A stretch of 64,000 nucleotides of DNA from Selaginella moellendorffii (Eukaryota > Plantae > Lycopodiophyta). The position numbers were made by a program, and so were the translations under genes. The notes under the pieces were generated by a model, which ran no database searches, was not told the origin of the DNA, and was given only the letters and a program-made list of their open reading frames with translations. Of the stretch, positions 46,042-58,425 are shown piece by piece. The stretch lies in contig NW_003314265.1 in NCBI RefSeq assembly GCF_000143415.4, positions 980,815 to 1,044,814 of the forward strand, in the 5' to 3' direction. The number at the start of each line of letters is the position of its first letter. Within the stretch, counting starts at the first letter, position 1.

Positions 46042-47172
46042 CTAGCGCGACTTCCTCCGGGGAAGCTCCATGTCCTGGATCGACGTAAACATCTTCCTGC
46101 GCGCGCCCACAGCGCTCACCCCCATCTCGCGAAGATCATCGAAGGTTAGCAGCGGAAGAACATCGTCCTCCACCTCGTGCTTCTCGAAGCACTCGGCGTA
46201 CTTGAGGAGCTCCAGATCGTGGAGCCAGCGGTAGACGCGCTTGAAGCCGCGAGCGCGCTTGAGGCGCTCGCCATCGCTCAAGTTCTCGTCCTGGCCATCC
46301 TCGGAGCTCTGTGGGAGAGCCTCTTTGCTGCTCGCATTGATCTTCTGGTTCCTGGTGGTGGCGGTGGTGGTGGTGTTGTCTGGCGATGGCGGCGGCCTCA
46401 CCTTCCTCGGCCTTCCAGGACGCCGCTTTGGTGGTTTGATCGTCTCCCTCTTTGGAGACGGCGCCTTTCGAGCTCGTCCTCGGCGTTTCGGAGCTCGCTT
46501 CTCTTCTTCCTCCTCATCCCCTTCCTCGTCATCGTCCTCCTCTTCTTCCTCTTCGCCATTATACTCGTCTTCTTCTTCGCCACCCTCGGCTTCGATCTCT
46601 TTGACTCCATCGCTATCGCCATCTCTCGCTGCTCCATTCGAGACACGATCGCTCGACACCAGGTCCGAGTTATCCCGCGATCTTTTCCGGTCGAGCGTTT
46701 TCCTCGGCGAGCTCTCCGCCGGAGTGACACCATCTTGGACGATCTGACGCTTGCGCCGCCGCTGGTATCCCTTGAGCCCGCCGTTGGCGGTAGCTTCGCC
46801 ACCCTCCCTGAGCAGCTCCTCGCTGTGGAACTCGCTCGTAGCCACTTCTAAAAGCCGGCTCATCTTCGAGTTCCTGTGCTCCTCGCTCTCTCCATCGCTC
46901 TTGTGCTGACTTTGGAGCTTCTCCTGATCCATCGGCTCGCGGATTCTCTCCTTTTCTTCCTGTGACTTTTCTCCAGCTTTGTCACTCGTTCCACCGCCGC
47001 TGCTTACATCCGGCTTCACCGGAGCTCCATTTTCCTGGCTTGCGAGCGAGTTATCGGGCTCCTTCCTCTTTGCTGGATCGGTGTCGTCCGTGGGCTTTTT
47101 CTTCTGCCTCTTAGAGTAGACGTGCTGGATTGGTCTGGGAGCTAACTCCAATGGCTGCTCCACGCTTCCCAT
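46042..47172 (-). CDS. SAM (sterile alpha motif) domain protein with acidic tract and AT-hook-like basic motifs
   Basis: C-terminal WLHDLELLKYAECFEKHEVEDDVLPLLTFDDLREMGVSAVGARRKM and the AT-hook-like RRPGRPRK. Confidence 0.88.
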   Translation of the reverse strand: MGSVEQPLELAPRPIQHVYSKRQKKKPTDDTDPAKRKEPDNSLASQENGAPVKPDVSSGGGTSDKAGEKSQEEKERIREPMDQEKLQSQHKSDGESEEHRNSKMSRLLEVATSEFHSEELLREGGEATANGGLKGYQRRRKRQIVQDGVTPAESSPRKTLDRKRSRDNSDLVSSDRVSNGAARDGDSDGVKEIEAEGGEEEDEYNGEEEEEEDDDEEGDEEEEEKRAPKRRGRARKAPSPKRETIKPPKRRPGRPRKVRPPPSPDNTTTTATTRNQKINASSKEALPQSSEDGQDENLSDGERLKRARGFKRVYRWLHDLELLKYAECFEKHEVEDDVLPLLTFDDLREMGVSAVGARRKMFTSIQDMELPRRKSR

Positions 47173-48543
47173 TCTTCTGTCACCTATGCAGCTCGTTCTT
47201 ACACCCTCTTATCCTGCTCAAAAAAAAGTTTGACCCACGAGAAAAAAAAAATTAAAGAAAAATTCGGTACCTTTGTGGCAGCATGTAGAACTCTTCTCCC
47301 TTCTACCTAGAAAACAAGGAAAAGGAAAAATACTTCCACAGCCTTAAAATCTATAGTTCTTACCTAGGCCTTGAGCACTTATATGGTCCAGAATATCATA
47401 ATCTTCTAGCACCTGATTCCACCTGAAAAAAAATTGGTGAAACAAACCATTCAGTTCCTCTTCCGAGATCTCTCTTGCAAGCAACACATACAGTACAAAA
47501 TCAAAGAAGCGAAAGAAGAAAAACAGCAAGGCTCTTCCAAAAAACTAGCCTGGTTTCTAAACCAGATATTGCTTGTTTACCTGGTGAGCGAGGAGTTCTT
47601 TCGGGACTATTATCCTCCTACTGGATTAAATTTTCCTGGACAGAAAATCCCTGGAAAGGAAGAAAAACTAATCTTAGAGAAGTGGAAGAAAAACAAAAAT
47701 CGTTCTGCAGGATTCTTGGAAAAATCCAGCCAGCATTCTAAGCTAGCAATTTGCCTCCTTACCTACAAGCGCCAGGAATTCCAGACTAGGCCCAAACTAT
47801 TATCCTTCTACTGAAAGTATTCTTCGGTTCTCCTGAACAAACAAAACGCACACGCAAGATTAAACATCTAAGCCTCTCTAGCATAAAGCTAGAAACGAAG
47901 AAGGAAAAAATCCACCCAACGTTTCGTGTTCCAAGCTAGAAATTGGGCTACTTACTTGCCTGATAGCCGAATGTGGCAATGCACACAGCGCTCCAATGCT
48001 CCCCACATTAGGTCCAAAAGTCTCGAGCCTGCGAAACGGCGATTTACAAACCTCGGGAATTTCTTCCGAGCGCAGCTACAGCATCTCTCCTAGGTGAGCG
48101 CTACAAGGAAGAAAAAAGCTTACCTTGGGGCTCGCCGCGCTCTAGGGACTTGGGCGCCTTCGCGCTGACGCTCTCCCCCTCATGTATGCTATTCCGTACA
48201 AGAGCATAATTTTGAGCCAGCGGGCATAAACTCCTACAACTTTGGGCCAACTTTAACTCTACCTTCTAGATCTTTGCGATAAACCAGTGTGTAGAAAAAA
48301 CCATTACAGAGCTTTCTCTTCTATCCTCCGAAATCCAACAACACTCAGAGCATTCTCCGCTATGCAAAACCTCGTCAAAAAAGAAAAAAGAGTTAAGAGA
48401 CAACTGGAGAAAACACGAACCTGGTGAGGGAAGAAGGCAGAGGGGAGGAAGGAATCGCTTTGGCGCGCGGCGAGGCGACGATTTCTTCCAGCGGCTCCAC
48501 TACATTTGTGGCACTCGTTTCTCGATTGGGCGGGCCAGCAGCT

Positions 48544-48917
48544 ATGTCGGCCGTGCTCGCATCCCCATTTCTCGCGCAGCAAATCCGAGCTCCCGACGTC
48601 GGAGCGGCGATTACTCGTTCGGATAATTCATGTTGGTCAGATGTCTCGGCTCTAGCAGTGACAACCACTTGCAGCGCGATGAGGGCAACGTGTGAAGCCC
48701 AGCAGCAAACAATCCAAAACCAATCGGCTGTCGTCTCTCCAATGCAATCGAAGAAAGCTTTCGTCCCCAAGCTTGACGATGGCGGTGACGACAGTGGCGG
48801 CGATGGTGGCGGGGTGGCGCTTCGGGGTGGCGCTTCTGGGACATGCTACTTCTACTTGGATTTCTAGAGAGCAACGAGGAGAACAGCAAGAAGAGGACAA
48901 GGCGAAGACAATTGTAA
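48544..48917 (+). pseudogene. YELLOW LEAF1/RF2-like plastid small protein, frameshifted
   Basis: CSAMRATCEAQQQ...PKLDDGG-Gly-rich segment. The expected hydrophobic/basic tail (FWDMLLLLGFLESNEENSKKRTRRR*) lies in another frame after a 13-bp tandem duplication at 48811-48836. Family assignment is from memory. Confidence 0.45.
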
Positions 48918-50982
48918 AATATTTCTTTTTCCAATTGATCATATTTCTTTGAAAACACGAACCTGGTAATAGCTTCTCGTCCTCGTTCTCGCGAACAGCA
49001 CAAACGTTGCTCGTTGATGGGGTTGCGACACAAGGAAAACGAGTTAGGGAAAACCGAAGAGAACTCGAACCTGGTAAAATGGAGCTTCTCGTTCTCGCCT
49101 TCATGTCAACTTTGTGTCTTGGATCGTTGTTTTCATGTGATCACAGCGTTGTCCAGTGATCACCATCTGGCTTCACCCTCCTGTCCTGTACTCATCTTCG
49201 TCTTCCTATCGAGTTTTATGGTATTGGACCGTTGTTTTCATGACGCTTGCATCCTTGTTATCGTTGTTGAACAGTACCTTGTAGTCTAGAAAGTTGAACT
49301 ACACTTGATTTGTTTTGCATTGTCCAGTGACCATTGCGACTGTTCAGCGATCACAACTCGTATCATTCTTGTCTACGTTGAGCACGGTGCGAAAATCTCC
49401 TTTTAAGACTGTTCTTAATCAAACTGACTTCAATGGTAAGGTCTGGAATCCGAGCGTTGTTTCATCGTTATATTGGCTCAATTGTGAACTTGCGAGGGTG
49501 AAGAGATGTGTGAGCGAGCAGTGCAGGGGCCTCGGGCCTGACAGCGTTGTTTGAGTTGTGAGAGTTGTGTCCTTTTTCTACGTTGAGCAGTGTGAAAATC
49601 TCGTTTAGTTCTAAATCACACTGAATCTTAAGACCCTTGTCAAAGCGAGCGTTGTTTCATCCTTGTCTTCGCAATTTTCACTCCACTCGTTTATTCCCTA
49701 GAGCACATACCGTTCTCTCTCGAATGTTAAGACGAGTGTTGTCATCGTTGTCCCGGCTATCAAGTGTCTAAATTTCACTAGTAAGAAACCAACGTACCTT
49801 GAGGAGATGTGCGAGTGCAGCGGCCTCGGGCCTTCCCGGCCAGAGCTCCACAGAGCGACCACAATGCCAAAGATGGAGGCCTAGGAGCTCCATAATTTGT
49901 GGATGGGCATGTCAAGTTTGCCATGCTTGACTTATGTATACTATGCTGTCTTCCATCCTTTTTGCAGCTTCTCTCCCTAGGGCTGGACTAGTAGTGGAGT
50001 GTTATGGCCAGCACTCTAGAGCAATGGAGTGCTAAGTGGAGTGCCATGGGAAATTGATTGATCTAGTTTACTATTGCCACCCAATTCTCTGGTGAGTGTT
50101 TACCATTTGAATTTGTGGAGACTGCGTGTTGGGGTAGAGAATTGCTAGGGCATAAGCCATGGACAACAAGTGATAAAAAATGTTGCCTGCTATAGGTCTA
50201 TGGCCCTCTTGCATCACTTATCAATTTTTTCTGGCTCTTGGAAAACTCTTGCAAGAGATTGTATGGGTAGGAGAACAACAGCTCTTAGGGCATGGCTGCT
50301 GAGTTTGTTGGTGATTGTACAGGAGATGTTGCTTAAGTGGTGAAACCATTGGGCCAAGAATATTGTTTTTTAGCTTGGATACTATAATTACTAAATCAGT
50401 TAATATAATTAAGATGGCACTTAGCCTGTTTTACAATTTTCTATATGTTTAGTTCGCCCTAAGTTGTACTGATGTATTGATCGAGCAATTACAGCAATTC
50501 CATATGGATTACTCTCTCTAAGCAAGTTTTACATTTCAAACATGAGGTAAATGCTTAAGGTGTGGATTAGCTTAGTCTTAATACAAAAAATTAAACACCT
50601 TATAAATCTTGAATTTATAGTTTATATATTAATAATAATTATTTTTTGTATTTCTTTTCTTAGTTTTACTTAGTATATTAGTGTTCTTAAAATTTTATTG
50701 TTCTATATTCTAAGAAAAGCACATGTTCTTTGCTAATATAAATATTACTTAAAATTAAATTAATTTATTTCAATTCTATTTCTAGGTGTTTGGAGCCATC
50801 AGATATCCAGCACAGCTCCTAAATGGCTCATCACCAGTGAGCTTAGAAGAGATGGTGAGACAAGGAGAATCAGCAATCCCAGAGCCAAAAGCCAAGCGGC
50901 CTCCATCGATCGATCAAGAGAAAGCCACCCCGTCTCTGCCACTCTCTGGCTCTGGACTCGTGAGTAAGGAAATTTTTTTATT

Positions 50983-51621
50983 TTAATCACAACTCTTACC
51001 CTCTAGAGCCGCCAAAGTTGTTTTGAGGTTCGCTCTCGCCTCTCGCTCAAACTTGGCGTGGAAGTAATCCGTCCAAAAGAGGCGCTCTCGCTCGAGGAAT
51101 CTTTTGAGCACGGCGGCCCTCTTCTCGCGATACACATTCTCGGGTACCCACGAGTACTCGCTCCGGATGCCCTCGTTGTACGCATTGAAATCCTCCTTCC
51201 CGCGTCCCAAAATCGACAGATCGATGTCCACGATCAGCCTCTCCGCCGGATCGTCTCCGATGTGGTCTCTTGTCGCCAGGATCATCCTCTCAATCCTCTC
51301 GCGAGCGCTCGCCTCCATACCTCGCGACAAATCCACGAACAACGCCGCGCTGTTGGCCTCGTTGTTGGTCGATTTGGGGTTGTAGATCGCGTCGTGGAAC
51401 CAGAGAGCAACGGCAACCTCGTCGAGCTGAGAATCCGCGAGATCAGCATTGCCGCCATGGCGAAAATCGGCCAGCTGATCCAAGCAATCCTTCACGTGAT
51501 TCAAGCCGTGATACTTTCGACACGGATCCGAGTAAAAACCCTCGAGAATCTCGCGTACGCTGCGCGCCTGCTGCTCGTCCTGCCCGCTTACCCTCTTCCA
51601 AATCGCGCTAAATTCCGCCAT
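50983..51621 (-). CDS. HD-superfamily metal-dependent phosphohydrolase, COG4339-like, intronless
   Basis: Motifs YSDPCRKYHGLNHV, ALWFHDAIYNP..NEANSA, ILATRDH, DIDLSILG, IRSEYSWVP..Y..KRAAVLKRFL and FEREARANL. Confidence 0.88.
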   Translation of the reverse strand: MAEFSAIWKRVSGQDEQQARSVREILEGFYSDPCRKYHGLNHVKDCLDQLADFRHGGNADLADSQLDEVAVALWFHDAIYNPKSTNNEANSAALFVDLSRGMEASARERIERMILATRDHIGDDPAERLIVDIDLSILGRGKEDFNAYNEGIRSEYSWVPENVYREKRAAVLKRFLERERLFWTDYFHAKFEREARANLKTTLAALEGKSCD

Positions 51622-51626
51622 AGCAA

Positions 51627-51667
51627 AAACCCTAAACTCAACTTGGGATAAATATCTATATATATAA
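51627..51667 (-). promoter_or_regulatory. TATA-like box and telo-box upstream of the HD gene
   Basis: The minus strand reads TATATATATAG, then about 20 nt, then TTAGGGTTT, then TTGCT-ATG. Confidence 0.55.
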
Positions 51668-54600
51668 GAACCAATGGCCCAGACCCGCAGCCGTCAGATC
51701 CGGGAAGGGAGATGGTGACAGCTGTTACACCATGCACTCCTATGGCTGTTCTGCCTGCGGCTGTGGGGCTGGCGAGGGATGCAATCCTGTTGGCACTGAT
51801 GGATTGAGCTAGGCAGATGAATTGATTTCTGATGTAAGATTTCCTTGTTCTTGACGCAGTGAAGGAGTTGGTGCGGCTTTGCAGATTCACTGTCTATGAG
51901 TTGGTGGAGAGATTTTGATTTCTCAGTCTTAGTCATAGTCACCTGTGTCTGCTTGGAGATGAGGCCGAGTTACTTTCCTTGAGGTGGAGAAGGTATGCTT
52001 AAGGAAATAACATGCTCTACCCATGTTGCGTGTATGCCAGCAATAAAGAGTTGCACTATGTTTGAATTCTGGAGCTGACTGTGCCATGGCAGCTGGTGTG
52101 GGTGATGCAAAGTATGGAGGTGTGTGCACAGCATGGTTCATGGCACACTCATCACATCCACCTTTACAACAATAGTGGCTACAAGTGAGTGATCCCTTTC
52201 TTTCTCAACAATTCCTTTCCTAGGCTAGCTTGATTTCTACTGCCACAGCATCCACTGCCACAATCAATTGAAACTTTGCACTTGCATATCCAGATGTACA
52301 GAATCAAGAGGCTCGAATCATTTCAAGCTCCTGGTGATAGATTGCGTGGAATTGCCCTTTTACCACGGCTCCTCCTCCGCCTTTGCAGCTGCAAAGCTTC
52401 CACCACCCCAAGCAGCGGATGATGGCCCCTGAGGACCTCAGCATCAGATATGGAGGCCCAGGAGCTTGTGCCGTTCGAGCACAGGGATGTTCATAGTTCA
52501 TGCAAACCTGTTGTCAAAGTGCTCATCACAAGGTATACTCCCAGGCACACAGGAATTCCTACTCCACGCAGGTCAATTGGTTAGCATTGCTCCAGGCCAT
52601 AAATCATCTTCACAGTGAGCAGGACATGCTGCAGCTCACATCCTATATTAATGAATGGGCAGGCTACTCCAGAAGTGGGCAATTTTTCAGTGATGAGGTG
52701 GATTTTCGGTAGGGTGGTCGAATCATGCGATCTCTTTGTCTCCAAGGCCCTTTTCACGGGATCTTCTAGGGCATTCTCTCCAAGCATGCATGAATGGCAA
52801 TCCATGCAATATCGATGGTGCTCAAGGGATTTGTTCAATGGGTGTTCAAAGTGGTCATATGCATAAGTGGATTACTTATGCATGTGCAATCCATAAGTAA
52901 TCTCTAAGTTAGTTTTTTCCTATTTTACTTATGTCTTTCCTGAAGCTGTTCCAAATGTAAAAACTCTTTCTTTATTTCTCATGTAGCTCTTCCATAGTGC
53001 ATCAGTAGGCTTGAAAGCTGTGCATCATCCAGTCCATTCATGTTCTTGAGGCTTGGAGTTCCAGGTAAAGCAAACTAGGTAGTTCTGTCTTCTATATAAT
53101 ACTATAGAATATAAGATATGAATTTACTTATATATAATTTATGTTTATAAAACATTTTCTTAGTAATTATTTTCTTAACTGGTAACTAAATTATTAATGA
53201 TTATTTTTAGTCAATGTTCTCTTACTTTTGTTTGATAAACTCTTAATATAAATTTATCCCAGTAAATAATAATTTACATATAATATCTAATTAATATTGA
53301 AAGTTCCATATTTACTTTTTTCTGGGTCAGGTATTGTTCTAAATATGTTAATAATTCCAAATAATAATTTGTATCTAATATTTTTATTAATAAATACTTA
53401 TTTTTACTTATATATTCATATTATCAAATTCACAAGAGCAAAGAAATTTATATGAAATCTCTAATTTTTATATTCACCTAGCATTTACTGGCAATACTAG
53501 TCTATATAAATAAAGCGATAGTGAGGCCTGCCGGTCATTGGATCCTAGGCCCGGGTCAAGCTTGGTTTGCATGATGTTTGGATGGCCAATCAATAACGAG
53601 TATGCTAGCTTGAAGAGAAGAAGCTTATTGGGTGTTGTGGGTGAAAGCTATAGATGAGACAAGACACATGTTGGTCCAGGAATTTGAGACAATCACATTG
53701 CCCTCAGGACAGAAAAAAATGCCCATTACCTTAGATCCATTCTCAATAACATGTACTCTTAGTTTTGTCCACCAGTGATGAATGATGTGTTGAGAATTGG
53801 CATTGGGCTCATGCCAAATAAAATTTAGGATTGCCCACAATCATTGGAATTGGCACTTTTATAGATATTGCATCACAACCTGATGCTTCTACTTCTGGAA
53901 TTGACCAACACTAGAATTACTTGAAAGTTTCTAGAATCAGTTACATCTTTTTTCCATTCCAAATCAGCTTGCAAACTCTTTTCCATTTTTATATCAAAGA
54001 AGCAGTCAACATTGACAACCATAGAGCTATAGCTACCTAAGAGCTCACAAATCCCAGCACAATCCTAGAAGAGGTGGAAAAAATGGATAATCATAGAAGT
54101 TGATAGCATATAAGAGTCAATGTGCAATTGTATACCTCTAAATTTATGTCTTGGATACTTATAAAAACTAAATTTAAGTTTTTGTCAAAAAGGCTATCAA
54201 AGGGATGTCTCTCTCTAGGTTGCATCACAGGCTTGATGGTTATTGTAGCTGAATTATGTACTAGTGGCTAGTGTTGTGATATGAGGTAGTGGCTTTGTCA
54301 AAAAGGTCAATAAATTTCTTAGATGGCTTAAAGTGAAGAAGAGTGACTCTTATACAGCTGGGGATCAACAAGGAAATTGTGAGATATGAGCAGATTATGT
54401 CAGGAAAATATGTTGGTGAGTTTGAGAGGCTTTGCCAACTACTAATGCTAGGCAATTACTAGTCTAAGATAAATTCATAAATATCTTTATTTAGAATATT
54501 ATTTGTTTTGGAGAAGAAATGTCTTTTATGATAGATTGTAAAAAAGTGTAAGTTTTTTTAATGCAAACGTAACAAAGGATTTAATACTACATGAGTTATA

Positions 54601-56767
54601 TTTTGCAATTAAGTTTTATACCTTTATCTAAAATGTTATATTAAAATATATTTATAACAAGTTCTTAGGATAAGTGGCCATCAATGGCAGAATTAATCAT
54701 TTTTAAATCAATCAATCAATCAAGTACAAGAGTGACATAAATTATAAATTGTGGCAACTTTCTAACATCTGACAATATCAAATAATATGGTCATAAGCCC
54801 TAGTCAAGCTTGTTAAGTATTTGTGCAATAATAAGTATAGGTAATATTCTCTCCACAATTCCATTCATCATTTTACTCACTTGTGGTTTAATTCTCACTA
54901 CCTATTGTAAACTGTGTAGTATTCATCTATTTTGTGGTGTTACTTGACATTTTGCATAAATGATTGTGGTTAATATAGTTTTTATTAGATGTCTCACTGC
55001 TGTAGCTGATATGGTGGAAGTTATTCTTGAAGGGATTCAAGTACAAAGGATTCTAGTGAATAGTGGTGCAGGTATATATATCATGAGTGATTAGCTGATG
55101 GAGAAACTACACTTTGAAGTAAATTTATTTAATAATTACTAATAATTTTTATTTAATAATTTAAATTATATGGTATTATATATTTATTTTAATTCGTAAT
55201 TAAAATTTATGAGTAATAGTTACCACACTTATTTTAATATATTACATATCTTTATAAGTTATTTTATTAAAAAAGATATAATAAATATTTTAAATATCCA
55301 CATAAATAATAAGTTTTAATAAAAGAGTTTTATTTATATAAAAAGATGTTCCATTATGATAAATAATATCCTAATGCTATTAAAGATATTTAGAAAATGA
55401 TAAAATAACATTAATTTTTCTTAAAGTGTAATAGTTTTAGTTCATAATGAAGCATCACTATAGATAGATAAAAAGAACATTATGAGTAGATACAACTCAA
55501 CTATTAAATTTAATTAAGAAATCAAATGAATTATATATGAGATGAAGTTAGGTAGGTTGGGAGATTAGCTATAAAATTCATTATAAAATCTGATGATATA
55601 AAAAAACAATTTTATATGAGATGAAGTTAGAGTTAAAATTATTGAAGTGAAAAGTTTAAAAATACTAAACGTGATATTTTAATTATACTTTTATACTTAT
55701 TATACTTGATTGATATAATAGTTTATTATTAAAATTTCACATACTTATACAAGTGATAGACTTAAAAAAATTACTTTAAAGTAAGAAAAAATTAAAGTAG
55801 TGATATAACTTGATATAAAGTTGCTAAACAACTCTATCTATTCCATCTTGTAAATTATTGAGTTTTCTTTACTTTTATCAATATATTTATCAATGAAATG
55901 AATCACATTGATTTATCACTTGGCTCAAATTTGGAAGGTGCTCGATATCATGGACCAAGGTATGTGCTTGGAAAGCAAACTAATTAAGCCTATAACATAG
56001 TTGGTGCGAACAAAGTTTACTAGTAAGGGATTTTTACATGTTGATTTTGTGACATGCCAGGTTGAGCCTCACAGCTTGGTTTCAATCCTTTGGCCCACAA
56101 TTGTCATTGGAACACAAATATATCACTTATCATCATCTTGGAACTTCTTTTGGATACATCTTCAAAATGCTAGCCATTGATGGTTTCCATAAATAATGAA
56201 GAACATCCAACTTACAAAGGCTTATGTCTCCTTGTGGCATGCCATCAAAGTATCAAACTCTTGAGATTTCCTTTGCCATATCTAATCCCAAGTTTGCTCG
56301 ATCTTGTGAGTAATTATGTCTATACAATTTGTTCCGAGGAATGATGCCGACACAATAAATGATCTAGTAGTGTGCTTGAATCCAACTTTTGTGAAAGAGG
56401 TATAAATAGCCATATTAAGGTCATAGGTTGAGTGCATGTAGTGACTCTACTTAAGATGACAAAGTGGAATCTGAAGGTTTGGAAATCCTTTCCAAGCTAT
56501 TTCACCTAACACCCTGTTGATAGTTTGTTCTTGAGCTTAAATAATAATCTCGTATACTCACTCATTCAAGATCATATCAGCCTCTAGCATAGCTACCACC
56601 TCATTTTTGTGACCTTCGACAGCAATAACATATCTACTATTTCCATACTAAGATCTACCCCAGCACCTATGGCACCAAGTGCCTCATTTCCACCACCACC
56701 ACCAGCTTCTCCTACACTATAAATAAGTTTTATATTTCCATATTCTCTAAAACCATCTAATTTTTAC

Positions 56768-57111
56768 TATAAGCAACCAAAGGGAATGATTTGAAAAATG
56801 ATCTATTGAGGTTCAAATACAAAGGGAAAGGGCTTATGAATAAGAGTGCACCCCCTTTTCTAAACAATTAAGGGTTTTGGAATATTTGAGGTTAAATGTC
56901 TTTAGGTTTGAATAGTATTGGGTCAGGAAGTCCAAACTCAAAAACTTACATTTGGTATCAGAGAAGTATCGAGTTTGACTTTGTTAGTTGGCTTAGAGGA
57001 ATCATATCACATATTAAGATTGACATCTGGTAGGTTTAATTTGCTCTTAGCTTCCGTTCACAAGAGTTGAATTTAAAGTTTCTCTCAAATCATTCCCTTT
57101 GGTTGCTTACA
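56768..57111. repeat. fold-back element with about 27-bp terminal inverted repeats
   Basis: T(A)TAAGCAACCAAAGGGAATGATTTGA ... TCAAATCATTCCCTTTGGTTGCTTACA. Confidence 0.8.
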
Positions 57112-57336
57112 CTTGCATGTTGACATCTAGATCAAGATCAACCATTGCTTAGATTTTCCCGCCATGGTCTTCCTCTAAAGCAGCTTTTTGAACTTGTGAA
57201 GTGTCCTTAGTGAATCTAGTGCAACGATCTAGTCATTTCCCTAGAGAATGAGTCCATTGAGGTTGATTGGCACACTTCTTCTATTGTGGCATGATTTATA
57301 TGTCTAAACATTAAAAAAAGTTTTGAAGAAAAATAG

Positions 57337-57810
57337 GAGTAATTTTCTTGGCATTGGGAAAATTAGTTTGTTGACAAACCAATCTTCTAGCACTAATGGA
57401 ACAAAAGAAAAAGAAAAGGAGTAGCTCTCATAGCACTAGGAAGATTAGTTTGGCAACAAACCAATCTTCTAGCACTAAAGGAATAAAAGAAAAAAAGAAA
57501 AGAAGTAGCTCCCTTAGCACTAGGAGGATTAGTTTGCCGCTAAACCAATCTTCCAGCGCCAAAAGAACAAAAGAAAAAAAAGAAGGAGTAACTCCCTTAA
57601 TGTTGAGAAGATTAGTTCGGCAATGAATTAATCTTCTAACACCAAAAGACCAAAAAATGATAAGAAAAGGAACAATTTCCTTGGCACTAGGAAGATTAAT
57701 TTACCATCGAACTAATTTTATAGCACCAAGGGAACAACAAGAAAAAAAAAAAAACTCAAACTTTGATATGCTGGGAAGATTGGTTTGTTGCTAAATTAAT
57801 CATTCTAGCA
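57337..57810. repeat. about six diverged tandem units of about 80 bp, each with an internal hairpin
   Basis: Recurrent unit gcactaggaagattagttt..aaaccaatcttctagcac plus an A-rich spacer. Confidence 0.8.
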
Positions 57811-58101
57811 CAAAGTAGCCATGAAATGCAAGTTGTTAGTGAGTTAGGAGCAAGAGATGGGGGGAGATTGAGAGGCATACTTTGATTGAGGAGTGTCTTT
57901 TTATGCTCAAACCTTAGCAATAAAACCCTAAAAATTATGATTTTCATTCTCTTTAATAGTGATTGCTTCTTAGATTTTAGTGATATGTTAATTTTTTCAA
58001 AGTACTTTAATTTTGCAAATGGTAGGATATATCTATTAGATAAATCCACTATAAATATAGATTTGATGTGTTCTTTCTAACGAGACAATCATTCAATGCT
58101 T

Positions 58102-58425
58102 TAGATATTAAGATATGTATAATTGAATGTGAAAGGAATAATATTGTTGAAATGAATGGGGTTATGAGTGAGAGGTGCTGATAAATCATGAGAGTTGTAA
58201 TATTGATGAAAAACCACATATAAACCAACCTCTTCGAGCTTGACTCTCTTTCATTTATCACAAAAGAATGAAACTATCTTGAAAGGAAGAAAGTATGGAG
58301 ATGAGAGAAAGAACAAGAAATCAATATTATAACTCTCATAATTTACCTTTGCCTTTCACTCATAACCCCATTCATTTCAACAATATTATTTCTCTCACAA
58401 TCAATTACATATATTTTAATATCTA
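58102..58425. repeat. long imperfect inverted repeat (MITE-like)
   Basis: aataatattgttgaaatgaatggggttatgagtga pairs with tcactcataaccccattcatttcaacaatattatt, with inner arms atgagagttgtaatattgat / atcaatattataactctcat. Confidence 0.85.

Noticed and set aside
46177-46851. Plus-strand ORFs over the SAM gene and similar antisense ORFs over the PPR and P450 genes
   Set aside because: GC-rich antisense shadows of well-supported genes.
51700-53100. Coding-like fragments upstream of the HD gene (also 49850-50980)
   Set aside because: Short broken frames with no recognisable family motif; cannot support a call.
57337-57810. Possible CRISPR array
   Set aside because: Eukaryotic context, diverged repeats, similar low-complexity spacers and no cas genes.
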